A stretch of 64,000 nt of DNA. Origin: a virus (lineage: Duplodnaviria; Heunggongvirae; Uroviricota; Caudoviricetes; Schitoviridae). Below the pieces are notes generated by a model, which worked only from the letters and a program-made list of their open reading frames with translations, had not been told where the DNA came from and ran no database searches. Of the stretch, positions 11,254 through 21,897 are shown in pieces. The position numbers and the translations under genes are program-made. Positions within the stretch are counted from its first letter, which is position 1, and the number at the start of each line of letters is the position of its first letter. The stretch lies in the IMG/VR virus record IMGVR_UViG_3300028490_000001, positions 14,677 through 78,676 of that record; one strand, given 5' to 3'.

Positions 11254-11637
11254 TTATTTGGGTAGGTCGCCTACTGGTGGCCGTGCTCCACATATTTCAT
11301 AGATAGGTTTCTCAATATCATTTGCCCAACTGTAGTCAATACCGTTGTTCTTACCGTCTCCAGCAACTGTATCTTTCATTGTTCCATCGTCAGTCTTAAC
11401 ATCTTCCCATTTAGGGTTGTTTTCGATTACGGTTTCACGTTTTGCTTCTACAGCTTCTGTGAACGCATGTTTATACTTTGCATTGATTACTGTTCCAACA
11501 CACATTCCATCTGGTGTTCCAAGTTGATTTACTATGAATGCAAATCTCTTGTCTACGCCTTCTACTTTTACAAGTACAAAGTCTCTACTAACTGTCCCTT
11601 TAACAAGACCTCTAACTTTCATTTCAACTGTTGCCAT
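11254..11637 (-). CDS. small head-region protein, function unknown (127 aa)
   Basis: ORF just downstream of the capsid gene cluster in the late operon. Confidence 0.55.
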   Translation of the reverse strand: MATVEMKVRGLVKGTVSRDFVLVKVEGVDKRFAFIVNQLGTPDGMCVGTVINAKYKHAFTEAVEAKRETVIENNPKWEDVKTDDGTMKDTVAGDGKNNGIDYSWANDIEKPIYEICGARPPVGDLPK

Positions 11638-11649
11638 AACTAATTCCTT

Positions 11650-11976
11650 TTAGCTTAATTTTTTAATAACAGAATCTTTTCCAGAAATTAGAGCATCTAA
11701 GCTACTAACAACCGTTACAGATAAACTATCATTTTTTGTTTTCATAAGTTTGTCGCTTAGTCTATAAATTTCCCCAGTGGAGATATCCATAATTATACTC
11801 GACTTACCTAAAACTGAGTTCATTACCGTCTTTGAATTTTGAACATACATAACTGAAAGCTTACCGCTCTTAGTCAATACAACTTCTTGTACTTTTTCTT
11901 CGACAACAGGTCCTTGAACCAACTCTACTTTAGCTTTTGCTTCTTTTTTCTTAGGTGTAGTTTTTTTCTTTTCCAT
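11650..11976 (-). CDS. small head-region protein, function unknown (108 aa)
   Basis: ORF with a K-rich N-terminus, directly downstream of the major capsid gene and its hairpin. Confidence 0.55.
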   Translation of the reverse strand: MEKKKTTPKKKEAKAKVELVQGPVVEEKVQEVVLTKSGKLSVMYVQNSKTVMNSVLGKSSIIMDISTGEIYRLSDKLMKTKNDSLSVTVVSSLDALISGKDSVIKKLS

Positions 11977-12028
11977 AAATAGTTCCTTTATATGGTTATG
12001 TCTCCGACATCTGTGTCGGAGACATAGA

Positions 12029-13285
12029 TTATACTTCAGCTACAACTTTGTAACAAGAAATCCACTCAGGACGCTGTGCAAGGAAACCGTAGTACCATTT
12101 GATTGAATAGAATCCAGTTTCACCGTATGGGTCAAGAGAGTTCACGTTGTTGCTTGGAGCTCTGTGATTGATTTTCCACTTAACTTTCTTACCAGAAGTC
12201 TGGAATCCAATTTGTGTAAATGAACCAGAACCAACAGTCAACATTGGGAAGATATCATATTTTCCACCAGTTTCTCTGTATCCAGCATTCGCTGCAGTAG
12301 CATCTGCTCCAGCACCTTCCCAGTGTAACATCTCAGGTACAAGGATGAATCTAAACTGGTCAATAGCACCAATCTCACCTTTAGCAAGTGTACCAGCAGC
12401 AGCATAGTGTCTAGCTTCAACAAATGCTTTCTCTCCGTGGAGGTCTTTCATTCTTTTAAGTGTAGGAATCATTTCAGAACCAACATAGATATATCTAGCA
12501 TTATCAATAGTAAGTGTATCAATAAGTCTAGACCCAGTGATTATCTTAGTATTTTTAGGTGCTTTGTTATCATCAAGTGTGATACCTGTCTTCATTAGTC
12601 CTTCATAAGTAGGAACAGAAATAGTAGCCGTAGACTCACCTGTAACTGTAGCGTTTGAAGTTGCGTCTCCACCAAATCTAATTACACCAGCTGCATTTAA
12701 AAGGTCAACCTGAAGTTGTGCTTCAGTGATTTCATTTGCGCCTCTAGTAGACTCACGTCTAATGTGCATTTGTAATTGTGGGTCAGTATCAAAGTCAATT
12801 GATTCTTGGTTGTATTCATCAAAGAATCCAAACTTAGCCATAGTACCTTCGATTTCAACACGCTTGAATCCGACACGGTTCACTCTACCACCATGCTCAG
12901 TAAGAGTAGGAAGTTTACCAACGATTGTACCTATATCTTTAGAAGAACCATAAAGGTTTCCATCTTGAATAGTTGCACCAGTTGCATCAATACCCTGGTC
13001 ATTGATATTTCTATCGTCCAAAAGAGGAAGGTATAAATATTTCTTAATTTTCTTACCCATATGTTTAGGCATAGAAGTTGTATCTGCTAATTGACCGAAG
13101 AACTGTTCTTTAGCAATTTCGATAAGAGCTTTTTTGTCGTAGTAGTATGTATTGATTTGAGCACCAATAGAACTATTTGTACCATCACCATAGATTCTTT
13201 CTGAATCGTTAGTTTCTGTGTTAAATGCACCTGATGCTGCGATAGCAGCGAGGTACGTTGCTGTAGATAATTTAATCGTTTTCAT
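12029..13285 (-). CDS. major capsid protein (N4 gp56-like)
   Basis: 418-aa ORF placed after the portal and the acidic scaffold-like gene. Its size and overall sequence character match N4-type capsid proteins as I recall them. A strong 9-bp hairpin follows the stop codon. Confidence 0.7.
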   Translation of the reverse strand: MKTIKLSTATYLAAIAASGAFNTETNDSERIYGDGTNSSIGAQINTYYYDKKALIEIAKEQFFGQLADTTSMPKHMGKKIKKYLYLPLLDDRNINDQGIDATGATIQDGNLYGSSKDIGTIVGKLPTLTEHGGRVNRVGFKRVEIEGTMAKFGFFDEYNQESIDFDTDPQLQMHIRRESTRGANEITEAQLQVDLLNAAGVIRFGGDATSNATVTGESTATISVPTYEGLMKTGITLDDNKAPKNTKIITGSRLIDTLTIDNARYIYVGSEMIPTLKRMKDLHGEKAFVEARHYAAAGTLAKGEIGAIDQFRFILVPEMLHWEGAGADATAANAGYRETGGKYDIFPMLTVGSGSFTQIGFQTSGKKVKWKINHRAPSNNVNSLDPYGETGFYSIKWYYGFLAQRPEWISCYKVVAEV

Positions 13286-13297
13286 TACTTTTCCTTG

Positions 13298-14503
13298 TTA
13301 TTGTAATGTCCCACCGAACTTCTTGTCGAAGTCAGCGTCTGACATCTCCATGATGTCTAGTGGGTCAAATTCTTTGTTCTGTGGCTTACGAGAAGATTTA
13401 GTTCCAGACATTCTGGCTTTATCGCTCTTGCTAGACACACGTCTCTGTGCTTTCTTTTGTTCTGGAGCACTCTCTTGTTTTTCAACAGTCGAGTTTTCAG
13501 GTTGTGTTGCTAGCTCTCTAGCTGTCTCTATGTATAGTTCCATGTCGCTCATTCCTGTAGGAACCTTACGCATGTCTCTTTTATAGTTCATAGCATCCAT
13601 CACTGCATCATATGCACCTGTCTCCATGTCTCGATTAAGAGCAACTATATAGCTAGGATTATCAGAAATGATTTCCCTCGACTTTTTGTCAAACTCTTTA
13701 GTCATAACATCCAATGTTTTCTCTTTAAAGTCACTGTTTCTGATTGCATCGAGTGCTTCTTCTATCTCGACTTCTCTTTCACTGACAAGGTGGTTCTGTG
13801 GCTGGTAATCTTTACCAACCTTTATAGCCGCCTCATCTGCAAATTCGAGCGGGTCTATATCAGACTCCGCTATAAGTCGCTTCAGAGCATCTTTGTTACC
13901 ATGTTTTACTTCAAGGAGTAGGTTCAATGTTTCTTCATCATCAAGCAGACCTTCTTTTTCAAGAGTCTTTAGTGCTTTAAGATGAGGCTTCATTGATTGC
14001 ATCTTCCTATTGTAATCCATACCCATTTCTATAAAGTTTTTGGCATGTTGAGGATTTCTAATTTGAACTTCTCTTCCGCTTGCTTTTATCGGATTCGCAA
14101 ATAGTAGGTCATATGCCTCTTTCATTTGTTCCGCTGTTGCAGCATCTGTCTGTTCTTCTTCGCTAGGTTGATTATCTTCAGTATTGTCTTCGCTGTCTGC
14201 TTGCTCTGAGTCTTCTGGCACTGCAGTGTCATCGTTCTCATCTTCATTTGCGTCAGGCTCATCCTCTACGACATTATCATCGCCTAAGTTTTCATCCTCT
14301 GTTATTGACTTTTCAAAATCTTCCGGAGATAGATTCTCAAAGTCTTCATCACTAGTGGACATGATTGCGGTTGCAACATCATCCTCTTCGTTTGTTGTTT
14401 CATCTTCATTTACTTCATCTAGTTCATCTGGCTCTTCAGAACCAGCACTAGAAATAGCAAGCAAAGACATTGCAGTTGATACAAACAATTCAATCTTAGG
14501 CAT
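13298..14503 (-). CDS. putative scaffolding protein (highly acidic N-terminal half)
   Basis: 401-aa ORF between portal and capsid. Its first ~130 aa form a D/E-rich tract. The call rests on position and composition only. Confidence 0.4.
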   Translation of the reverse strand: MPKIELFVSTAMSLLAISSAGSEEPDELDEVNEDETTNEEDDVATAIMSTSDEDFENLSPEDFEKSITEDENLGDDNVVEDEPDANEDENDDTAVPEDSEQADSEDNTEDNQPSEEEQTDAATAEQMKEAYDLLFANPIKASGREVQIRNPQHAKNFIEMGMDYNRKMQSMKPHLKALKTLEKEGLLDDEETLNLLLEVKHGNKDALKRLIAESDIDPLEFADEAAIKVGKDYQPQNHLVSEREVEIEEALDAIRNSDFKEKTLDVMTKEFDKKSREIISDNPSYIVALNRDMETGAYDAVMDAMNYKRDMRKVPTGMSDMELYIETARELATQPENSTVEKQESAPEQKKAQRRVSSKSDKARMSGTKSSRKPQNKEFDPLDIMEMSDADFDKKFGGTLQ

Positions 14504-14504
14504 A

Positions 14505-14858
14505 CTATTCTCCTTCTCTTAGTTGGTCTAGCTCATCTTGTGAACGTGAAATCTGGTTTTCCATTTGTTTACCCATTTGCTTAATGCCAAGGATGAACTG
14601 TCTGAAAGAAGATATGGCACGCATGTCAGCAGCTAACTCAGCTTGCTTTTCTGGAGTCTGCCATTCGTTATCAGCAAGGCAGCTAACTAGTCTAGATGCT
14701 TCCTTCTCCAAATATCCAACTGTGAATATTTTTGCGAAGTCAGGGTTAGAGATTAATCTCTCCATACTGTTTTTTCTTTCCACTATCTCAGTAGCAGCCT
14801 GAATAGATATCTCTATCTCTTGCTCTATTTTTTCTTTCTCTTCTGGCGTAGGTATCAT
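14505..14858 (-). CDS. small head-morphogenesis-region protein, unknown (117 aa)
   Basis: ORF whose stop abuts the start of the next gene (1-nt gap); it lies downstream of the portal gene. Confidence 0.55.
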   Translation of the reverse strand: MIPTPEEKEKIEQEIEISIQAATEIVERKNSMERLISNPDFAKIFTVGYLEKEASRLVSCLADNEWQTPEKQAELAADMRAISSFRQFILGIKQMGKQMENQISRSQDELDQLREGE

Positions 14859-14914
14859 TGTCGTTCCTTTGTTTGGTTTAGGTTGGTTATGCTGAATTAT
14901 AGCACACTTCTAGC

Positions 14915-17245
14915 TTAAAGACGTCTGTTGACCAAAGAATCTTTCATATTCTCTTCTGGAGTGTCAGTGCCTGGCAACAGATTATCTACCGATTTTTGGT
15001 AGTGATTGTTGGCAGTAAAGACCTTTGGTTTAAGCTTTCCCGATTTTCCCTCTCCTCCTGAAGTTGGAGTTGGTGCATGTGAACCAATGAGCGGGTTATC
15101 TCTGTCTAATGCAGCAGCAACCTGCTTATCATCTATAGCATTCACTGCTCTCTGGTCTTCTGCTTCTTTTGCTCTATTGTGGTCAGCACCTTTAGCTATT
15201 TCACTTCTCATTTCATTTGTGCCATCCTTCTTCTGCACATAGTCAAGGTCTGACATGTCTGCAGTAGAGTTAAGAGCTTTTGCCTTAGCTTGTTCTGTTT
15301 CTGCCTTAGCGTTCTTAAGTAATGTATCAGCTTGATTTTCTGTACCTTTAGCTCTTTCATTTTGAACTTGCGCTTCAAGTAAATCTTTCTGGAGTTGTTT
15401 TATTTCCTCTTCCATTGGGTCTGGCTCTGGCTTGTATTCTTCAATTCTTTTTGCTAGGTCAGGCATCTTCTTAAGTCTGGCTATCTTTCCAAGTATTACT
15501 GACTGAAGACCTGGGTCCATGGATGGTCCAATTGTCTGAAGCATAAATCCAAGGTCCTGAGCCTGCTCTTGGTCGACTTCTGGTGTTGAGATTGTTAATC
15601 TAACATCAAAGTTACCAGCAAGTGCGTCTCTTGATATAGTTACTTCCTCTTCGTCTGTTATTCTAATGACCTCTTCATCATCAAGGTTTACAGCATTCAT
15701 AGACATTATTTTTCTTCCTGCTTCCACCACACCAAAAGACAGTCTTCTAAGAATTCCCATTTCTCTCTTTGATGTTGCATCAGAGGCAGTCTTTACTGCT
15801 GCTGCAGTAGAACCAAGTGCATTACCACCTTGTCCTGACGTGAATGCTCTTACACCTGTAAGTGCTTCTGCACCTTGTTCGTGAAACTGAATCATTTCTA
15901 GTGCTGAACGAGGTATCTCAGGGAATGTAGCCATAAAGAATGCCTTAGATGGGTCAACGTCTGGATTAAATATGTAATCTTTCCCTTGTTCAAATCTAAG
16001 CTTCTGTGCTGGGTCTAGTGCGTTCGCGGATATACCTTGTTGTGCATTCGCTGATTTACCCATAAGGTCTATCATTCCTCTACTTATTGCCCCAATAATG
16101 TCTTGATGTTCCTCAATAAGGACAGCATCTGGTTCACCACCATATACATCATTTCTTTTTGGCAAGTAAACTACTTTAATAAAAGGAGGTTTGTTATCTG
16201 GAAATGGATTCTTTTCTAATCTTATCATCGTAGAACCAACATACGTTGCAACTATTGGTACAAGCAGACCATCTTTGTTTATGTCCCAGTTGCCCCAATA
16301 TTCTATAGCTGTTAGCTTCTTTCTTGGGTCATCCTCGTAATTAAATACCTTTTCCTCATACTCTTCCTGACTTAGTGTCTCATCTGAGTCAGATATTATT
16401 GACTCAACATTTGAGTATTTTGAATCTAGTGCAAGTTCTGCTTTTGATGTTTGGAATTGATATGCAATAAGACCTGCTTTATCTAGGTCTCCACCACATG
16501 TAGGGTCTATTAATACTTTGTCATAGTCACACACTTCAATGGTTGGTCTATTATATAAAGTAACTAGCTCCTTAACCATCTCTGTTTTACCAGATGGGTC
16601 AGGTACAAGTTGAAGCATCCCTTGTGCTTGAGCTTGTAGTTCTTGGAAGTCACCAAGTAGCATTCCTCCCTGCTGTACAGCTTGTTGTGCTTGTCTGAGT
16701 CTATTTGCCACTTCTGGTGGAAGCTGCTGAATCATCACTGGTCTTTCGACCTCTTGCTCTTCTTCTTCGAACTCCCAACCTGTTCTAAGGAATACAACTC
16801 CCTCATCTACAGCAGTACGAACATATCTATCTATAAAATCGACTCTATCTATGTCCTTGTTAAACTGCTTGTTTAGGATTATCCCGTTATCTCTCGCAGC
16901 ATCTGTATCCAGGTGTGTAGTTGGAGTGACATCAAACATGTCATCAGAAGACAGCAGTGATTCGCTTAATGATGAATATCTCCATTCATTTTGCTTTCTA
17001 ACTAGCTTTGGTTGAAATTTACTTCTACCCTTCCCAGTATCAACCTTGATATTACCGTCTCTTACGCTTAACCATTTTTTTATGTTTCCAACGTGAACTG
17101 CAAACTCAGGTTCTGCATCACGTATCTCTTGTTTTAGTTTAGCAACCGAAGGAGGGTTCTTCCATTCTGGTTGAATCTCCTTTTCTATTCTGCGACCATT
17201 GTCGTCATAATTTACTTCGACTCTGTTGTCATCAGTGTTATCCAT
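14915..17245 (-). CDS. portal protein (N4 gp59-like)
   Basis: 776-aa ORF upstream of the scaffold-like and capsid genes. Its size matches the ~760-aa N4 portal, and it has a coiled-coil, charged C-terminal region. Confidence 0.65.
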   Translation of the reverse strand: MDNTDDNRVEVNYDDNGRRIEKEIQPEWKNPPSVAKLKQEIRDAEPEFAVHVGNIKKWLSVRDGNIKVDTGKGRSKFQPKLVRKQNEWRYSSLSESLLSSDDMFDVTPTTHLDTDAARDNGIILNKQFNKDIDRVDFIDRYVRTAVDEGVVFLRTGWEFEEEEQEVERPVMIQQLPPEVANRLRQAQQAVQQGGMLLGDFQELQAQAQGMLQLVPDPSGKTEMVKELVTLYNRPTIEVCDYDKVLIDPTCGGDLDKAGLIAYQFQTSKAELALDSKYSNVESIISDSDETLSQEEYEEKVFNYEDDPRKKLTAIEYWGNWDINKDGLLVPIVATYVGSTMIRLEKNPFPDNKPPFIKVVYLPKRNDVYGGEPDAVLIEEHQDIIGAISRGMIDLMGKSANAQQGISANALDPAQKLRFEQGKDYIFNPDVDPSKAFFMATFPEIPRSALEMIQFHEQGAEALTGVRAFTSGQGGNALGSTAAAVKTASDATSKREMGILRRLSFGVVEAGRKIMSMNAVNLDDEEVIRITDEEEVTISRDALAGNFDVRLTISTPEVDQEQAQDLGFMLQTIGPSMDPGLQSVILGKIARLKKMPDLAKRIEEYKPEPDPMEEEIKQLQKDLLEAQVQNERAKGTENQADTLLKNAKAETEQAKAKALNSTADMSDLDYVQKKDGTNEMRSEIAKGADHNRAKEAEDQRAVNAIDDKQVAAALDRDNPLIGSHAPTPTSGGEGKSGKLKPKVFTANNHYQKSVDNLLPGTDTPEENMKDSLVNRRL

Positions 17246-17254
17246 TCTGTCTCC

Positions 17255-18550
17255 TTATGATATTGACTGTTCTGGATGACCACCCACAAACAGTTTTCTG
17301 CTGACACGAAGTATATCTAAATCTACCTCTACCAGTTCTCCACTTCTTGAGTTTCCAAAATAGAAGTATCTTCCATCTCTTGAAATCCAGTTAGAGTGAG
17401 TTTGGAACAGTCCATCTTTTGGTGGAAATCCTGCTGGGTCGTTGTTCACATGTATTCTGTAAACGCTCTTTGTTGTATTCATTCTTAATATTGATATATA
17501 GTTATCGAAGTGGTTCGTAATCACTGCATACGGATGCTTTGATGAGAAGTTTACATGACCTCCACCATAACCACTAGGATATTCTTTTATCCACTTCATG
17601 TCAGAGAGTCTGAGCACATGAGTCTTTCTACTTTTGAATGTTGGGACCCACAGTTCTGACCTATCAGGTGACAGGCTGTAATGGTGAACTGTATCATCAA
17701 AAGAACTATGAGGTAGTGGAGTATATGGATAAGAGTGCAATCTTGAACCATCCCATCTGAATTTTTGGATACCTGGAAGCTTACCTGCTCTAGTTACTAC
17801 CTTTGTTCTACTTACTACATCGCCACACTCATTCTTTACAACTTTTATGTACGACAATTCCTTTAGACCTTCTACTGCACCATAAACATATCTTTCACTT
17901 AGTGACACGTCAATCTTGTCATCCTGTATTGTATGTAATGCAGTTTCAGTATCTATTCTTTGAGTATAAATAACCTTCCATTTTCGATTATCAAGAGGAT
18001 ATACTTTGAATATTTTAACTTCACTCTCTATCCTATTTATGTATCCAAAATGGTCTTCATCAAACCAAACTGCGTGCCCAGACGTTGAGCCACCTTGGTT
18101 TCCTTCTGCAGGTCTATCATCTCTCTTTTCCCAGTCTGTAAAAATAACCTTGTCTGTTGTCACGTCAATCAAGGCAACACCCGTATCTGATGTTCCGCTG
18201 ACTAACTGAAGGTTATATTTGTAGTTTTGGTCTCCACATGTTCGTGGTTTAAATGGTAGAGGTATTGACTTTATATACTTCTTTTGAGCCATATCAATGA
18301 CATCGAAGGAATACGAGCTTTGTGTTCTAACATACATCTTATCTGTGAAACATGCTCTATCTACAGAGTGAGGGTTTGTACCACCGCATTCTATCTCAGC
18401 GTCTAGTTCCATAGTTTCTGTATTCCATTGCATAACAGAATTTCGACATATATCTTCATTGACGTAGTATAGATACTTGCTGTCCCACGGGTCGTTCTCG
18501 TCTCGTTCAACAGCTTCTATTGCTACACCTATAACTCCCTTACTTGCCAT
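17255..18550 (-). CDS. hypothetical protein with beta-propeller-like repeated His-containing motifs (431 aa)
   Basis: ORF 9 nt upstream of the portal gene. It carries repeated blade-like segments: GTNPHSVD, SGHAVWF, VHHYSLSPD, GGHVNFS, THSNWISRDGRYFYF and GGHPEQ. Confidence 0.5.
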   Translation of the reverse strand: MASKGVIGVAIEAVERDENDPWDSKYLYYVNEDICRNSVMQWNTETMELDAEIECGGTNPHSVDRACFTDKMYVRTQSSYSFDVIDMAQKKYIKSIPLPFKPRTCGDQNYKYNLQLVSGTSDTGVALIDVTTDKVIFTDWEKRDDRPAEGNQGGSTSGHAVWFDEDHFGYINRIESEVKIFKVYPLDNRKWKVIYTQRIDTETALHTIQDDKIDVSLSERYVYGAVEGLKELSYIKVVKNECGDVVSRTKVVTRAGKLPGIQKFRWDGSRLHSYPYTPLPHSSFDDTVHHYSLSPDRSELWVPTFKSRKTHVLRLSDMKWIKEYPSGYGGGHVNFSSKHPYAVITNHFDNYISILRMNTTKSVYRIHVNNDPAGFPPKDGLFQTHSNWISRDGRYFYFGNSRSGELVEVDLDILRVSRKLFVGGHPEQSIS

Positions 18551-18599
18551 GATATCTCTCTTTCATTTATTTTGTTTCACACAGGCTTAACGCCTATGC

Positions 18600-18848
18600 T
18601 TATCGTCCCATGTTTTTCATTTTATTTTCTAACATAATTACTGCAATTTCTATTCCCATATTTATGAAAGTAGAGAAAGATGACGAAAAGAATTTTTTAG
18701 CTTTCTTAAATACTCTGTCTCTCTTTTCAGAACCTGGGATTCTCTCAGTACTAACTATCTCTACTTCATCTTTGATAAAGTCTAGCAAATCGCTACCTAT
18801 CAACCATTTTATTGCTCTATTAGCAAACATCATTTTAAAAGCGTTCAT
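18600..18848 (-). CDS. small protein, unknown (82 aa from the internal start)
   Basis: I prefer the start at MNAFKMMF, which follows AAGGATG, over the ORF-track start at 18884. Confidence 0.45.
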   Translation of the reverse strand: MNAFKMMFANRAIKWLIGSDLLDFIKDEVEIVSTERIPGSEKRDRVFKKAKKFFSSSFSTFINMGIEIAVIMLENKMKNMGR

Positions 18849-18910
18849 TTTACATCCTTGTGTTTTATTTATTTTGTAGGTCAATTATATCAGATAATTC
18901 ATAAATCAAG

Positions 18911-19447
18911 TTACAACTCGTTTATGAATTCCGATAATGATGACAAGAGGTTGTCTCTTTCTATCCCGCCGGGAATGAATAATTTCTGGTGAGAAGCGAA
19001 GAAAGGTTCTATCAGTATACAGACAGAGCGTCCACGACATAAGAACCCTCCTCCTCTTTCTCTACGTCTGACTCTTTTTAGGTTTCTATCGTTGTTGTCA
19101 AGATACTTATCAAACTTACTATCTAGTTTTCCAGCTATTGTTCTTCCAGAGCGGGAACAGTAAAGTATCTCATGTCCATTTACATATTGCTTAGATGATG
19201 CATTAAAGTGGAACGATATAGAAATATCTGCTCCCCAATTATCTATACGTCTATGCATGTCTTTCATTCGTTCTGTATATCCATGAAGACTGTCTTTTCT
19301 AATAAACACTCTAAACTCATTGTCATCAGATAATGACTCAAGTAGCTCAGGAACCAACTCTTTATAGAAGTCGAATTCACTTACTCCTGCATTTCCATAT
19401 GCTCCCCTGCTTCCTTTTCTGTGTCCTATTACTAATGCTATTTTCAT
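18911..19447 (-). CDS. N-acetylmuramoyl-L-alanine amidase (Amidase_3-like endolysin)
   Basis: MKIALVIGHRKGSRGA...SEFDF...ADISISFHFNA...GHEILY fits the Amidase_3 pattern (GH..G..GA, E, hSiH.NA, G.e.hY). It sits next to membrane-protein genes. Confidence 0.7.
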   Translation of the reverse strand: MKIALVIGHRKGSRGAYGNAGVSEFDFYKELVPELLESLSDDNEFRVFIRKDSLHGYTERMKDMHRRIDNWGADISISFHFNASSKQYVNGHEILYCSRSGRTIAGKLDSKFDKYLDNNDRNLKRVRRRERGGGFLCRGRSVCILIEPFFASHQKLFIPGGIERDNLLSSLSEFINEL

Positions 19448-19456
19448 ATTTACTTC

Positions 19457-19717
19457 CTATATTTTACTATTTTTTTCCCATGAATCTATATTATTATGTG
19501 GTATTAATCTCCACACGCCAAGACTCATGACAAACAATATTAGCACTAATGCCAATAAATCCATCTTTATGATAATTAGTCCATACGAGGCAACCATAGT
19601 TGCAAGTACAGTTGTTGTTGATATGGATGCCATAAGACGGTTAGTCTTATATAGCAAGAATAAATAGACTAGTGCTGCCATTACTACTATGTGTAAACCA
19701 GGTATGCTAATTATCAT
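19457..19717 (-). CDS. small membrane protein (holin/spanin candidate, 86 aa)
   Basis: The start at MIISIPG follows AGGAGG and forms an ATGA overlap with the upstream gene. Three hydrophobic helices are visible. Confidence 0.55.
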   Translation of the reverse strand: MIISIPGLHIVVMAALVYLFLLYKTNRLMASISTTTVLATMVASYGLIIIKMDLLALVLILFVMSLGVWRLIPHNNIDSWEKNSKI

Positions 19718-20157
19718 TTTTTTCCTCCTATTAAGTTCTTTACTCTCATATAAATACCATCTGAATTTATGGCAATTATTAAGGTTAAGACCATCCATAT
19801 AGAAGGAAGAGAGCCTAGAACAATGTCACTATCGAAGAAGTGAGCAATTATGCTTTCACCACTAGATAGCATTAGCGTAAAGGACAATAGTGAGAATATT
19901 AGTCCCACCACGAAAGCCCTTAGCAACTCAAGATGCATTCTTTTTATACATCTCTTACCAGAAGCTTCAACTTGAGCCTTCAGGTTCATAAAGTCGTAAT
20001 ATGCCATTGTCATAGACACAAACCCACCTACGGAGGCAGTAATTATGTATGCTGGGTCATCAAAGATAACCATGCTGCTAAACAATATAGAACTAACTGC
20101 AGCTTTTTTTGTTGCTGCCGCTGTTGCTGTTGCTACTACGATATCTGTCTTATCCAT
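19714..20157 (-). CDS. membrane protein (holin candidate, 147 aa)
   Basis: Several hydrophobic segments; translationally coupled to the next membrane-protein gene and adjacent to the amidase. Confidence 0.5.
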   Translation of the reverse strand: MDKTDIVVATATAAATKKAAVSSILFSSMVIFDDPAYIITASVGGFVSMTMAYYDFMNLKAQVEASGKRCIKRMHLELLRAFVVGLIFSLLSFTLMLSSGESIIAHFFDSDIVLGSLPSIWMVLTLIIAINSDGIYMRVKNLIGGKK

Positions 20158-20638
20158 TTTTTTTCCTTACATGCTTCATTATATCATTAAATAATGCAGA
20201 AGGTGAATACTTGCATCCTTTTGATAAAAATGAATACGTTTTTGTTTTTCTTATTATGTTTGCGCATACCTCTGAACAGAACACTTTATGCTCTGCCTGT
20301 ATGCAGATTGGCGTAACGCTTGTTATCGCACCAGTGTAGTCATATTTCATTCCCATATACTTCTCTATCTCATCCAGAACTATACATTCTTCATCCTTTG
20401 ACAGGTTGAGGTCTATATAGTCCCATGATTCAGGTCTCGGTTTGATTTTTCTATATTGAGAGGAGTTGGTTCGGGGAGAAACAGAGAACCACTTGTTGCC
20501 GATTACGATTTCCACATGAGAATACTTCCCTACTGAAAGACACGCTATTAGCCAATCAAGCCATAGTCTTCTTATGTAATCAAAGTATTTTTCATCTGCT
20601 CTTCTTTTCTGAAAAGCGACATAGAATGCAAGTCGCAA
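20150..20638 (-). CDS. putative permuted papain-fold (YiiX/C92-like) peptidase
   Basis: A His motif (KYSHVEIVIG) precedes a Cys motif (KVFCSEVCANII), which is the order seen in permuted NlpC/P60-type amidases. It borders the lysis genes. The assignment is by eye only. Confidence 0.35.
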   Translation of the reverse strand: MRLAFYVAFQKRRADEKYFDYIRRLWLDWLIACLSVGKYSHVEIVIGNKWFSVSPRTNSSQYRKIKPRPESWDYIDLNLSKDEECIVLDEIEKYMGMKYDYTGAITSVTPICIQAEHKVFCSEVCANIIRKTKTYSFLSKGCKYSPSALFNDIMKHVRKKNG

Positions 20639-20738
20639 ATTAACTCCTGTAATTAATTGTTTTTTTTTACTGGAGCTGCGACAGCATCGACTCTTATATT
20701 ATTCGTATTTTATCACGTTATTCATAAGATACAAATTC

Positions 20739-20993
20739 TTAAACTAAATATGCCAAGTCCAATGTATCCATTATTTCTGCAGCATACTTCTTTGCGTCAT
20801 CTATATTTATATCTACAATCTCTCTTTTTGAATTTATCCACTTAAAGCTTGTAGCACCTACATTTATTTTTGTGTTTAGTTTTATACAAAACATAGTCGC
20901 TATGTCTTCATTGAACCAGAACTCACCATCTTGAGTGAGTCTTCCTTCGACAAGCAGAGTGTCTCTACTCATTGCCTCTTCTATATTTAGCAT
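20739..20993 (-). CDS. small protein, unknown (84 aa from the internal start)
   Basis: The start at MLNIEEAM gives a TAATG overlap with the stop of the upstream gene. The longer ORF-track start would overlap that gene. Confidence 0.5.
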   Translation of the reverse strand: MLNIEEAMSRDTLLVEGRLTQDGEFWFNEDIATMFCIKLNTKINVGATSFKWINSKREIVDINIDDAKKYAAEIMDTLDLAYLV

Positions 20994-21895
20994 TAATCTA
21001 TCTCCTTTATGTATATTGTTGCAAAGTTTTGATTTGATGCCCACGTTTGAAGTGCACCCCTCTTGTTGAGGTTTTTTCTCATGCAGTTTATGTCATGGGA
21101 CTGGTTCACGATTGTTTTACCACTGTGTGTTCTAGCCATCAACTCTACGCGCAATTCATAGTCAGCAGTCAATCCTAGCTCATTCACTATGTCTAAAATT
21201 TTATTAGATACGAATGTAGCTATCGTTGATGCATTTGACACCATTGATGCTCCTCCATACCCTTCGTTCCCTAGGTTGTACCATGTGCCATTGACCTCAA
21301 TGTTTGTATTGATATACAATCCACCCCAGTCTTTACCATCATGTCTAGTAGGTATATTTAGTCCCAGTTCTATTTTCTTCTCATGGTTCATTGTGTATGT
21401 ACCTGTTCTCATAAGAAGCTTTGCCGGTCCGTTATCGAACCTTTGGTTTGCTGTCATTGAATATGAGAGCGTTTTGTTTTTCTTTGGCGGGTCTACCAAC
21501 TCAGAGTAGAGTCCACCATCAGAACCACTCTTCAGTGTGTTCTTTTGGTCTGTTGATATCTTAACTGACAGCGGAGTTGCGGCACCGTCACCAGTAATGC
21601 TTGAGTCTGTATTTGACATAAGCAGCTTGTCTAGTGGTATTGATATGTCTGCACCGTCAGTCATTGAGATTACTATACTCTTTGATGCTTCGTCATACAC
21701 TGCTCCGCTCATAAATGAGTCTGCAAGGAATGATGTTACGTCTACATCTATGGTGCCACCATCATCTAGATTGAATGACATTGTGTTGCCAACTATATCT
21801 ATATTCACAATCGTTTTCTTCTCTGCAAGTTGCTCTGCTGTAACACCACCTGAAGATTTTGTCGAGAGGTCAAGAAGAACTGAGCTTGTTTTCAT
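20993..21895 (-). CDS. tail/fibre-region protein, unknown (300 aa)
   Basis: ORF in the tail gene block, 2 nt from its upstream neighbour. Confidence 0.55.
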   Translation of the reverse strand: MKTSSVLLDLSTKSSGGVTAEQLAEKKTIVNIDIVGNTMSFNLDDGGTIDVDVTSFLADSFMSGAVYDEASKSIVISMTDGADISIPLDKLLMSNTDSSITGDGAATPLSVKISTDQKNTLKSGSDGGLYSELVDPPKKNKTLSYSMTANQRFDNGPAKLLMRTGTYTMNHEKKIELGLNIPTRHDGKDWGGLYINTNIEVNGTWYNLGNEGYGGASMVSNASTIATFVSNKILDIVNELGLTADYELRVELMARTHSGKTIVNQSHDINCMRKNLNKRGALQTWASNQNFATIYIKEID

Positions 21896-21897
21896 AA